From a virus (lineage: Duplodnaviria; Caudoviricetes), in IMG/VR virus record IMGVR_UViG_3300037501_000255: a stretch of DNA of 64,000 nt; one strand, given 5' to 3'. A program made the position numbers and the translations under genes. This document shows positions 29,285 through 37,731 of this stretch, in pieces (position 1 is the first letter of the stretch; every line of letters begins with the position of its first letter). The notes under the pieces were generated by a model. It had not been told where the DNA came from. It worked only from the letters and a program-made list of their open reading frames with translations, and did not search any database.

Positions 29285-29665
29285 ATGCTCACTACTCAAG
29301 AGATCTACAACTTTTTGATTAATGCTGCCGAGGTGGCCCCGCTACCGGGGCCGCCGCCCGCTGAAAATGCCTCTCCACCGCCATTATCCCCTATGCCTAT
29401 CGGACCGGAGGCTTATGATAGCCGCATTGAAAATCTACGCACAAGACTTCAGGCTTTAATTGGAACCTCTGTTAAGCATGCCGCTACTGAAGAGGATAAG
29501 GTTCAGATAAATCGAGTTTTTGGTAAAACTCCCGGCGAGGCCGACCCTGAAGCGGAACCGCTTGATCCTGAATGGGAGCAGTTGTTGCGCATGGTTGTTG
29601 GTGATGGCCCCTTGCCAGATGCCTTTGAAACTGTATCGCTCCGCCCGAAAAGGTCTATGCCCTAA
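29285..29665 (+). CDS. Pro-rich hypothetical protein on the opposite strand
   Basis: SD GGAG before ATG 29285; upstream ATACCTAAATA motif. Confidence 0.65.
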   Translation: MLTTQEIYNFLINAAEVAPLPGPPPAENASPPPLSPMPIGPEAYDSRIENLRTRLQALIGTSVKHAATEEDKVQINRVFGKTPGEADPEAEPLDPEWEQLLRMVVGDGPLPDAFETVSLRPKRSMP

Positions 29666-29686
29666 GCGTGCGTCCTAAGCAGTTAA

Positions 29687-30793
29687 TTAATTTCTCTTCT
29701 TCGAGACTGCTTGTATAAGCCTGCCAAAAAAAGTAGTATTCTGTTGTAGGGGAACTTTGTTCCTTACTGCCTTAGTGGTGGGTGCATCCTGTGCAACGTA
29801 TGCTCCTCTAAACCGGAATGTATTACCGGATTCGTCAAGAAGAAGGGCGTCGCCTTTACCAAGAAGATTCTCTGCCCCATGTCGATCCAGCACAACTCGT
29901 GAGTGCACCTGGGTCGATACTTTACAAGCGATTTTACTGGGGAAGTTTGCGCGGATCTCACCTGTTAGCACCTTTGATGATGGATGCTGTGTTGCGGCTA
30001 TAATGTGAATTCCCGCTGCACGGCTCTTCTGAGCCAGTTCACAGAGAAGTTTTTCAAAACCCTTGACGCGCATAAGATCTGCTAGCTCATCAATAACGAG
30101 AACTACGTACGGAATCTTCTTGACCTTGGCCCTGTACTCTGAGATGTCACGGCACTTAAACTTTTGAAAAACTCTATATCTATTATTCATCTCCTCCTTC
30201 AGATCCTGCAGCATATCAATGGCTAACTCTGCCTCATTTACTACTGGATAGAGAAGTGCCGGGTGCTTGGAGTATCGATCGAACTCCACTAGTTTCGGAT
30301 CCACTAGTGCAAGTTTAATTCCAACATCAGCATATGTGCGAATAATAGACGTTATCATTGCATGTAGGAGCATGCTTTTGCCGCTACCCGTAGTGCCTGC
30401 GACAATTAGGTGGGGCATCTTAGTTAGATCAATAACTAGCGGAGTTGTGATATCAGTCGTTCCGATGACGAGGGGGAGATTTCCGTTTGTCTGATTTGCA
30501 AATATTGAGTCGAAGTTTATTACAGGGTGATCGGCAAACATCATCTCGACAATGACTAAGCCGCTTGTAAATGCCGGGCGAATGACGGGGGGGGCGATGG
30601 GTTTCATCGCCAAGGCGATATCCTCGGCCATTCCCTCAAGTTTCGAAAGGCGAGTTTGCGGATCGAGTCGGACGAAGTACCGAGATAGGGGGAATTTTTC
30701 GTCGACCGATTCTACAGTAGCTTTAATACCCAATGATCTTAACACGCTTTCGAAGTCAGCTGTGGAAGGTGTGGATTGCGATTGATCTAGCAT
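29687..30793 (-). CDS. FtsK/SpoIIIE-family ATPase (motor domain only)
   Basis: MPHLIVAGTTGSGKS, LVDPK, IDELADLM, RAAGIH..ATQHP, GAENLLGKGD. Confidence 0.92.
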   Translation of the reverse strand: MLDQSQSTPSTADFESVLRSLGIKATVESVDEKFPLSRYFVRLDPQTRLSKLEGMAEDIALAMKPIAPPVIRPAFTSGLVIVEMMFADHPVINFDSIFANQTNGNLPLVIGTTDITTPLVIDLTKMPHLIVAGTTGSGKSMLLHAMITSIIRTYADVGIKLALVDPKLVEFDRYSKHPALLYPVVNEAELAIDMLQDLKEEMNNRYRVFQKFKCRDISEYRAKVKKIPYVVLVIDELADLMRVKGFEKLLCELAQKSRAAGIHIIAATQHPSSKVLTGEIRANFPSKIACKVSTQVHSRVVLDRHGAENLLGKGDALLLDESGNTFRFRGAYVAQDAPTTKAVRNKVPLQQNTTFFGRLIQAVSKKRN

Positions 30794-30802
30794 ATTATTT
30801 AC

Positions 30803-31285
30803 CTACTGTTTAGTTATTTTTTCTAGAATTGAGTCTTTCAAATCTGCCAGTGTGGAACCTTCGGCGTCCTCGATCATTATCTTGGATGAGAGGTATTCGA
30901 CGAATATTTCTGGTGTTAGATTACTAAACTTAAAGTTAAGATATACTATGCGTCGCACTCCCGCATTTGCTAGCATACGAAAGCAGCGCCAGCAAGGAAA
31001 GTGTGTAGTATATGCGGTGGTATCTGCAACGGATATACCAAACCTAGCGGCGGTCACCACTGCGTTTTCTTCTGCATGGGCAGCGCGGACACAGGAGTTG
31101 TCTATGATGATATGGCCCGCCTCATCACAATGAGGGTGGCCGCTTACAGAGGCATTGTAGCCCGTAGATAGCACTCTGTTATCTTTTACTAGAACACAGC
31201 CAACTTGCGCGCGGTCGCATGTAGCTCGCGTGGCTGCCGCCTTGGCTAAATCAAGGAAATATTCGTCCCAATCTGGTCTGCTCAT
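30803..31285 (-). CDS. dCMP deaminase
   Basis: RPDWDEYFL, ATC.RAQVG, HAEENA, PCWRC. Confidence 0.92.
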   Translation of the reverse strand: MSRPDWDEYFLDLAKAAATRATCDRAQVGCVLVKDNRVLSTGYNASVSGHPHCDEAGHIIIDNSCVRAAHAEENAVVTAARFGISVADTTAYTTHFPCWRCFRMLANAGVRRIVYLNFKFSNLTPEIFVEYLSSKIMIEDAEGSTLADLKDSILEKITKQ

Positions 31286-31526
31286 ATATGCCTGTTAATC
31301 TTAGTATGAAGTCATGTTTTTTTAGAAGGGCAAGAATTGCTGCTTCGAAAGCACGCTCATATCTCCACCCCCAAGGGAGGGTGGGTTTTAATCCTGTTGG
31401 AACTACGCGTGCCTTACCGTCTATGGACAGTTTACACATGGGATCGCTGAGAGTGGAGCCCGGATACACCTGTAGGTCCACAATCATATATCCGTCATCA
31501 TCAATAGATATTTCCGCCACCGGCAT
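31251..31526 (-). CDS. Hypothetical protein
   Basis: Operon ORF. Confidence 0.45.
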   Translation of the reverse strand: MPVAEISIDDDGYMIVDLQVYPGSTLSDPMCKLSIDGKARVVPTGLKPTLPWGWRYERAFEAAILALLKKHDFILRLTGIYEQTRLGRIFP

Positions 31527-32082
31527 TATCAGTATGCTTACTTATTACCAGATGCGGATTTAACCGTATTTTATCAACAACTGACTTAACTACCATTTGA
31601 TTTTTCTTGATGTTTATGTCTAGTTCTATGCTTGGTATCTTAACCAGTTTAGATAGCTTTTTGACTCCAATTGAATCAAGTATTGGTATATACTGTGATG
31701 TCGATAACCCCTCGGGCAGACCAAGCTTATTTGCTGTGACAAACCATTCCGGTAATTTATAAGCCTGCGCTAATCCCGCATTGAGAGGGAGATCTTGCGC
31801 TAAGCTAACTATGAAACGGTTGTGTTCTGGAAAAGAACGGTTTGATAGGTGCCCTAGCGCCATGTGCCCAAACTCATGGGCAAGTACAGCTATCTTCTCT
31901 TCAGAGAAGAGTGTATCGAACTTCCTCTTGTTCAAGATAAGAGTTACTCTATCCTCGGCGATTGATATAGCTGCGCAGGCGAAATCCCTATCGTCTATCT
32001 GAGATATGCTTAGTTCGCTTAGTGCGTTTTTTAGATGAGGCTCTCGTTCTGCTAGGGATGAAATCAGTTTCTCTATTGACAT
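31501..32082 (-). CDS. Zincin-like metallopeptidase domain protein
   Basis: AVLAHEFGHMALGHL...N.AQD..LN. Confidence 0.65.
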   Translation of the reverse strand: MSIEKLISSLAEREPHLKNALSELSISQIDDRDFACAAISIAEDRVTLILNKRKFDTLFSEEKIAVLAHEFGHMALGHLSNRSFPEHNRFIVSLAQDLPLNAGLAQAYKLPEWFVTANKLGLPEGLSTSQYIPILDSIGVKKLSKLVKIPSIELDINIKKNQMVVKSVVDKIRLNPHLVISKHTDNAGGGNIY

Positions 32083-32278
32083 CGTATGTGTGGTATGACC
32101 TATGAATCTGCGAGCAGAAATGCTCGTAGATTTCCGGTCCAAGTGCCGCATATTGTGCATGCAGCAGCGCTCTCTCTGCCGGAGAGAGGTACGGGATGGA
32201 GTGTGCTGCTTTGATTGCCAGAATGGCGTTGGTCAGAAATGTCATCACCCTCCCTGTCCAACTATTTAGCTGTGTCAA
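31988..32278 (-). CDS. Hypothetical protein; boundaries uncertain
   Basis: Overlaps the next gene. Confidence 0.35.
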   Translation of the reverse strand: MTQLNSWTGRVMTFLTNAILAIKAAHSIPYLSPAERALLHAQYAALGPEIYEHFCSQIHRSYHTYDVNRETDFIPSRTRASSKKRTKRTKHISDRR

Positions 32279-32289
32279 TGTGGAGTTAG

Positions 32290-32967
32290 TTAATTTAATA
32301 TCCAGTCTATTGGGGAAATCCCTCGCTCTTCTAAAAGAGCGTTTGTCTTAGAGAAAGGGCGAGACCCAAAGAAGCCTCGGTATGCAGATAGGGGTGATGG
32401 GTGGGGCGCGGTCAGCACGCAGTGCTTAGTTGCATCTATAAGTGGGATGGCCGACGCCGCATGTTTCCCCCACAGTATAAATACTATGTCCCTCAAATCG
32501 GAGCTAACTTTGGCTATGGTGGCTGCTGTGAGTTTTTCCCAGCCCTGCCCAGCATGCGACATCGGAGAGTGTTCTCTGACGGTCAGAGTAGCATTTAGGA
32601 GTAGTACTCCTTCTCGCGCCCATTTTGTCAAATCTCCGCTGGGAGGCTTAGGTACATTGAGGTCGCTACAGTATTCTTTGTATATGTTTTCTAGGGAGGG
32701 GGGGATTTGTTGTCCTGCCGGCACGGAGAATGCTAACCCCATTGCTTGACCTGGTCCGTGGTATGGGTCTTGGCCATATATTACGGCTTTAATTCCAGAT
32801 AAGGGCGTGAGCTTGAATGCTGCCAGGGTTTGCTCTGGTGGAGGGTAGACAATGTATTGCGAGCGCTCCTGTTTAACAAATGCCTTGAGAGCTCTCCCGT
32901 ATTCAGAGCTCATCTGGTCCTCTAAAAAGGATTTCCATCCATCATCCAGCATCAGGGCTCCATTCAA
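32290..32967 (-). CDS. ung: Uracil-DNA glycosylase, family 1
   Basis: GQDPYHGPGQAMGLAFSV, PPSLENI, GVLLLNATLTV, HPSPLSAYRGFFG. Confidence 0.95.
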   Translation of the reverse strand: MNGALMLDDGWKSFLEDQMSSEYGRALKAFVKQERSQYIVYPPPEQTLAAFKLTPLSGIKAVIYGQDPYHGPGQAMGLAFSVPAGQQIPPSLENIYKEYCSDLNVPKPPSGDLTKWAREGVLLLNATLTVREHSPMSHAGQGWEKLTAATIAKVSSDLRDIVFILWGKHAASAIPLIDATKHCVLTAPHPSPLSAYRGFFGSRPFSKTNALLEERGISPIDWILN

Positions 32968-33337
32968 CTTTAGAATCTACAGGATTACTAAGATTCCAAA
33001 TTGCAAGGATTGAGCTCCACGGAATGGTTACATGCGACGGTACTTGCTGAAATGACAGGGTTCCACTAATGCCCGAATCATTTATAACCAAGTCTGGAAT
33101 TGCAAACTTCCAGCTCCAGTTAAGGCTTACTTGGGGACTTGCTACTTCGGCCGGGAGTATAACACCGGCTGCATTTCCATCTATAACAGTCCTTACCATG
33201 CCCGCCTCCATAAGCTCTAGAAATGCGGCCTTGCGGTCGCTGTATTGAGTTTGCGTGGTGGGTTCGGGTACTTGCGCCTGCGGGGAATTTAGGCGTTTCT
33301 TATTTTTGAAGTCAATGTAAATTACGTTATTCATCAT
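32942..33337 (-). CDS. SspB-like ClpXP adaptor protein
   Basis: GVILP...LNWSWKFAIPDLVIND.GISGTLSF......IPWSSI. Confidence 0.65.
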   Translation of the reverse strand: MMNNVIYIDFKNKKRLNSPQAQVPEPTTQTQYSDRKAAFLELMEAGMVRTVIDGNAAGVILPAEVASPQVSLNWSWKFAIPDLVINDSGISGTLSFQQVPSHVTIPWSSILAIWNLSNPVDSKVEWSPDAG

Positions 33338-33474
33338 CCTGGTGATCGTCTACATGACTGCTTTTGGGAGCAAACTTTATTGCATATTTGAAAAGCAGGT
33401 GAGAGAGTGCTTTTTCTGCGGAAATTAGGGCTAACGGAGTGGCAATAGCTCCTGCAAGCACGTACAGTCCTCCC

Positions 33475-33990
33475 TTAAGACTTCTTATCATGTTTAGACC
33501 TCACTATGACGAAAATTTCTCTGCGCTCGGATGTTAGACTTGTTTCTGTTACTGACATTTCTTTAATTTCTGCCAGTATAGAATCCAAGAGTTTTATTCC
33601 AAGATCTTGGTGAGCATTTTCGCGTCCGTGAAATTTAATAACTATTTTAACCTTGCATCCGTCTGTAAGAAATTCTTTAATCTTGCCCAACTTAACGTCG
33701 AGGTCGTGTTTCTCGATGTTAACGCCTAGCTTAACTTCTTTAAGAACCACCACATGCTGCTTCTTCCTAGCTTCCTTCTCTGCCTGCTTTTGACGATACT
33801 TGAAGCGGCCGTGGTCCATAATTTTTGCCACGGGCGGTTTCGCCTGCGGTGAGATATTGACTAGGTCAAGTCCTTTCTCGTTTGCAATTCTGATGGCATC
33901 CTGAAGTTTGTAAATTCCGAGCTGCGGTCCGTCTTCAATAGTAAGACGAACCTCGTAATTATGCCTGGGGTTGAAACCAATTAGTGCCAC
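33475..33990 (-). CDS. infC: Translation initiation factor IF-3
   Basis: EVRL...QLGI...A...GLDLV.ISPQAKPPVAKIMD.G.FKY, KEVKL, HDLDVK, GRE.AH. Confidence 0.95.
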   Translation of the reverse strand: MALIGFNPRHNYEVRLTIEDGPQLGIYKLQDAIRIANEKGLDLVNISPQAKPPVAKIMDHGRFKYRQKQAEKEARKKQHVVVLKEVKLGVNIEKHDLDVKLGKIKEFLTDGCKVKIVIKFHGRENAHQDLGIKLLDSILAEIKEMSVTETSLTSERREIFVIVRSKHDKKS

Positions 33991-34308
33991 TTATCCCGTC
34001 TCCTTAGAAAGTGCATCATGTACTTGAGAAAGGGACTGCTCTAGAGAAGGGAGGGCGCTCTCTCCGCCAATAAACACCAACATGTCTTTTAGTGATTCAT
34101 GCAAAACATCCATGCTGGGCGCACCGTTGGCCAAACTTGAACTCATTTTCTCAATTATTTTTTGAGCTTGCATATTTGCAGCAGCAAGCTCGTCGTAAGA
34201 ACATAGTCCTTTTTTAACTAAAATATGCTGTAGTGCCATACAAGTTGCGGCAATTCCGGCATTATTTGAAACGCTTCCTAAATCTTCCACGCATTCTTCT
34301 CCATTCAT
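33991..34308 (-). CDS. Hypothetical protein
   Basis: Operon ORF. Confidence 0.55.
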   Translation of the reverse strand: MNGEECVEDLGSVSNNAGIAATCMALQHILVKKGLCSYDELAAANMQAQKIIEKMSSSLANGAPSMDVLHESLKDMLVFIGGESALPSLEQSLSQVHDALSKETG

Positions 34309-34376
34309 CTCTTATGATATATGTCACTAGTAGCACGTGTGGTAATGTGCTGACTACAACGACGAGACAGTAGACT

Positions 34377-34886
34377 TTAAAAGCTAAGTCCAGCGACACG
34401 CTCGTCCGGCCTCCCGCGAAACTCCCAGTGCCACGGTTCATTTCTCATTGGTCGAGAGAAGCCGTATTCGTGGGCGTGGAGTCTCAGCCATCGACACACC
34501 TTGGTCTCAAAGCGCTTTCTCCCAACCCGCTTGGTGCAACCAGCAACATCAATTGCGCGCCCCTCTTGGTGGGGGCTTAATCCTGGGGGACTTGCCAACC
34601 GACGGTTTTTTCTAAAAAGGGAGATCTGCTGTTCCATTGTCCTGTGTGCGTAATTCAATCTGATATCTACTCCGGAGGCGGCCATATCCAAACGCATTTG
34701 AATAAATGCTTCCGCGGCTTCCCTCTCTAAAACTAAGGGCTTGCCATCACCGTCACTCCCGCCAAGGTGAATCACCTCAAGTACTATTGGCGTGCCATGA
34801 GAGCACCCTTCGACATATCGATATTGTAATGTCTCTGTAGGTGCTGGATGCACGTATAACTGTAACAGTAGAAGAGCTACATTCAT
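34377..34886 (-). CDS. M15B/VanY-like peptidoglycan peptidase (possible endolysin)
   Basis: RTMEQQ..LF, PPGLSPHQEGRAID, EPWHWEF. Confidence 0.85.
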   Translation of the reverse strand: MNVALLLLQLYVHPAPTETLQYRYVEGCSHGTPIVLEVIHLGGSDGDGKPLVLEREAAEAFIQMRLDMAASGVDIRLNYAHRTMEQQISLFRKNRRLASPPGLSPHQEGRAIDVAGCTKRVGRKRFETKVCRWLRLHAHEYGFSRPMRNEPWHWEFRGRPDERVAGLSF

Positions 34887-35272
34887 AGAAGACTCAGTCC
34901 GCCAGTTATCTTATCTATTTCTATAGATAGGGCGGGGCCTACCGCACAGCAGGTATAGGTCGGCTCTTTAAATTCAGTTCTGCCCTGATCCAGTATCAGG
35001 GAAGTGTGCAGCTTAGCTGCCTGCGCTGCTTTGTATATTTTGAAGAGCTCTTCTTCGCTACTGCAGCCTACAACAATCTTAGTCGCTCCAGCCTTGAGCC
35101 ATTCAATGTCTGGTGGCTCGAGCGATATACTTACGTACCTATCGGCGCCGTTGACGGAATCTAAGAATGAGTTTAATACCGCATGGGCTACCTGCGCAGC
35201 AAGTTTGCCCTTCCTCATATTCAGATCTTTTCTTACAACAATAACTTGCTTATAAGCATATGGCGCATGCAT
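34883..35272 (-). CDS. pth2: Peptidyl-tRNA hydrolase type 2
   Basis: KQVIVVRKDLNMRKGKLAAQVAHA, DQGRTEF, TCCAVGP, IDKITG.L.LL. Confidence 0.93.
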   Translation of the reverse strand: MHAPYAYKQVIVVRKDLNMRKGKLAAQVAHAVLNSFLDSVNGADRYVSISLEPPDIEWLKAGATKIVVGCSSEEELFKIYKAAQAAKLHTSLILDQGRTEFKEPTYTCCAVGPALSIEIDKITGGLSLL

Positions 35273-35274
35273 AC

Positions 35275-35559
35275 TTATCTCATCCTAGAGAATATCTCTA
35301 TCACAATTGACAAGAGCTCTTCGTGCTGAACTTGAGCTTTCGCATACTCCAAAAGTTCTAAGTACTCTTCTTCTGATAGGCTGCGTACAATTTGTATGTA
35401 CTTTGGTAGCTGGCCCATCAAACGTATAAGCTCTAGATTACTAGATGCAGATTTGTCTAGCGTATCAAAAAAAGCTATTAACTCACTGCTTGGCATTTGT
35501 CGTTGCCGGATGTGCCTTATTGAGGATTTTAACAGCCTCAGCAAGATGGTTGATTGCAT
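35275..35559 (-). CDS. Hypothetical protein
   Basis: Operon ORF. Confidence 0.5.
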   Translation of the reverse strand: MQSTILLRLLKSSIRHIRQRQMPSSELIAFFDTLDKSASSNLELIRLMGQLPKYIQIVRSLSEEEYLELLEYAKAQVQHEELLSIVIEIFSRMR

Positions 35560-35776
35560 TCTGAATATCTCTGGCAGCTATTGGCACGGGAGCGCCGGCA
35601 AGAGTCTCGCTCCAGCCTTGGAAGCTCATTTCAGGATCGCTTTTACGATTAAGATAAAATGATGCTATTATATCATCCCTTATCCTAGCTAGTGGTAGGC
35701 ACAGTTCGTCCACAGAACTTAGAATATCTCCTAGTTCCTTGGTCGTTTCAGTATTTGACATTACTTTTCTTTGCAC
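35483..35776 (-). CDS. Hypothetical protein
   Basis: Operon ORF. Confidence 0.5.
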   Translation of the reverse strand: MQRKVMSNTETTKELGDILSSVDELCLPLARIRDDIIASFYLNRKSDPEMSFQGWSETLAGAPVPIAARDIQNAINHLAEAVKILNKAHPATTNAKQ

Positions 35777-35796
35777 ATATTCTCCTGTATTTGTGC

Positions 35797-35886
35797 TGGC
35801 GGAGAGAGGGGGATTCGAACCTCCACCACCCTTTCGGGAGGCTGGTTTAGCAAACCAGTGTAGCGCTCCAACTCTACCGTCTCTCC
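35797..35886 (-). tRNA. tRNA-Ser(GCU)
   Basis: GGAGAGA/TCTCTCC acceptor, CTGGT-TTGCTAA-ACCAG, long variable arm, GTTCGAATCC, G73-CCA. Confidence 0.9.
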
Positions 35887-35891
35887 ATATC

Positions 35892-35980
35892 TGGCGGAAA
35901 CTGTGAGAATCGAACTCACGAAGGCGGTTGGGCCCCAGCCGCTTTCAAGGCGGTTTCCTCGTCCATGCCGGTCAACTTCC
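35892..35980 (-). tRNA. tRNA-Ser(UGA)
   Basis: CCGC-CTTGAAA-GCGG anticodon arm, long variable arm, GTGAG-TTCGATT-CTCAC, G-CCA. Confidence 0.85.
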
Positions 35981-35983
35981 GTG

Positions 35984-36076
35984 TGGCGGATGAGGGGAGG
36001 CTCGAACTCCCGTGACCCTTTAGAGGTCAACTACCTTTCCAGGGTAGCCCAGCAACCCGACATCTGGCTCCCATCC
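35984..36076 (-). tRNA. tRNA-Ser(GGA)
   Basis: CTACC-CTGGAAA-GGTAG, variable hairpin, GGGAG-TTCGAGC-CTCCC, G-CCA. Confidence 0.88.
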
Positions 36077-36080
36077 ATAC

Positions 36081-36287
36081 CTACGCTACACTAACGAATC
36101 TTGGCACCTGCTTGCCGTCGACTTCAACCAATTGCTCCCACATTTATATCGGCCTAATCCAGATCTGGCGCTCACCATATTCGGCTTGATATACAACCAT
36201 TTCTTGAAGAGTTTCTGAACTCTTTCCCACGGCCAGGAGCGTATATAATCTACCTGATTTACTGTGTCGCCACTGTCCTAACTTCAT
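36081..36287 (-). pseudogene. DUF1653-like small protein with an in-frame TAA at 36144-36146
   Basis: MKLGQWRHSKSGRLYTLLAVGKSSETLQEMVVYQAEYGERQIWIRPI*MWEQLVEVDGKQVPRF. Confidence 0.75.
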
Positions 36288-36300
36288 TGTTTTTTCACCT

Positions 36301-36395
36301 TGGAGGAAGCGCCGAGGCTCGAACTCGGGCCAGCCGTTTGAGCTGGAGTAGTTTTCGAAACTACTGGGGCAAAGCCAACATCCCGCCTCGCTTCC
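36301..36395 (-). tRNA. tRNA-Ser(CGA), discriminator U instead of G
   Basis: GGAAGCG/CGCTTCC, GTAGT-TTCGAAA-ACTAC, long variable arm, T-CCA. Confidence 0.82.
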
Positions 36396-36437
36396 ATATA
36401 CGCATACTTAAATAGTTATACATTCTTGGAGGGTGGC

Positions 36438-36869
36438 ATGAGTGATTTTGGTATTAGTGATAAAGAGATGTCTTTTCTGACCGGCGGCCAATCTATGAAA
36501 GTTCGTTCGGTACCTCTTAAAATCAGAGGAACGGTGTTCGCCGAGTCTGGTGAGTTAATGCATGCTATACGCACATATTTTACTGAAGAGGATTGTCAGG
36601 AAGTGCTGCGGCAGCTGCAGGCTTCTGGTATGCTGAGCGGCGAAGAGGTCGCACAAGCTCAGCAAAGAGCTGCTGCGTTTCCAGCAACTGCGACCGAGCC
36701 TGCCGTGCAGAGAGCTGCGGTAATAGCCGTGGGTATGGTTGCGAAAAAGGGTGCACTGTCTCCACTTAAGGTTGCATCTCTTGCGAGAATTGCCAATGCC
36801 CTAGATAGAGCAGGTCATTTCGAATTAGCCGACAAAATCGACAACCTATTATCAGAATTGCAGGGTTAG
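36438..36869 (+). CDS. Hypothetical protein on the opposite strand
   Basis: SD GGAGG; upstream ATACTTAAATA; C-terminal KVASLARIANALDRAGHFELADKIDNLL helix. Confidence 0.7.
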   Translation: MSDFGISDKEMSFLTGGQSMKVRSVPLKIRGTVFAESGELMHAIRTYFTEEDCQEVLRQLQASGMLSGEEVAQAQQRAAAFPATATEPAVQRAAVIAVGMVAKKGALSPLKVASLARIANALDRAGHFELADKIDNLLSELQG

Positions 36870-37506
36870 TCGTCCAGAATTAAATCATACCCGTAGCCGA
36901 CGGCCGAATGAGCTTCGAGCGCAAGATGAATTGTTGCCTCAACATCTGATAGATGGTACTGATTCTCAATACTATTGTAAGTATATTCTATTTCCAATTT
37001 TTGCAAAAAGTCACGCAGTATGAGTGCCTTATATCGTAAGGTCGAGTAGTTCTTTGTTGTAATTCCAGCATGTGCCTCTCTGTGACAGTTTGGGCAAGGC
37101 AGGCATAAATTATTATGCTCGTCGTTCCCACCCTGTTTTTTTGGAATGATGTGACGAATATCACATGCAGCTCTGTTCCACTTACAATTACTGCATCCGA
37201 CGCACAGTCTTGTTAAAATCTTCGAAACTGTGCGCTTGCTTAGTTCTAAAATGGACCGCGAGGCTCCTTTCTAAACTTTCCTCTTGTGTGCTGTATAGCA
37301 TTTTTTAAGCTTTCCTCGCTGGTTGTCGGACTTCCAACCAATGCAGCTCTTTGCTTGAGCGATGCGCTTATCTTCTCTTTGGTGCTGTCCGATACCGCTC
37401 TTCTTCTGTTGTTAAACACTGTAGAACATTTTATGCTGCAAAACTTAGCTCTATAATCCTTAGCGTTGAATTGTACCTGGCATTGCTGACATATTTTATT
37501 TTCCAC
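36866..37506 (-). pseudogene. HNH endonuclease, frameshifted near 37255
   Basis: N-terminal CQQC...CSIKC; the second frame reads GCSNC.W....CDIRHIIPKKQGG...NNL..PCPNCH (His to Arg at the active site). Confidence 0.75.
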
Positions 37507-37513
37507 AGGTCCC

Positions 37514-37540
37514 CCACAAATAGTGGAGTTCTATTTGTGG
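37514..37540. terminator. Perfect 10-bp hairpin downstream of tRNA-Tyr
   Basis: CCACAAATAG-TGGAGTT-CTATTTGTGG. Confidence 0.55.
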
Positions 37541-37554
37541 ACTGAGTCTGACTG

Positions 37555-37641
37555 TGGTGCGCAGTGAGGGAGTCGAACCCCCGTAGTCCAAAGATTCCGC
37601 TTTACAGGCGGATGCCACCAACCGACAGTGACCTACTGCGC
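37555..37641 (-). tRNA. tRNA-Tyr(GUA) with atypical D-arm
   Basis: GCGCAGT/ACTGCGC, TCCGC-CTGTAAA-GCGGA, TTCGACT T-loop, A-CCA. Confidence 0.85.
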
Positions 37642-37731
37642 ATAGCTGCCGTCTCTCCAGCTGTCTACACCAATTCTCCAGTATAGGTGCTCATACCTGG
37701 CGGCTATGGAAATATGTCCGCCATAATTAGT

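Noticed and set aside
35761-36094. ORFs 35761-36030, 35903-36094 and 43467-43667
   Set aside because: They overlap tRNA genes and are translation artefacts.
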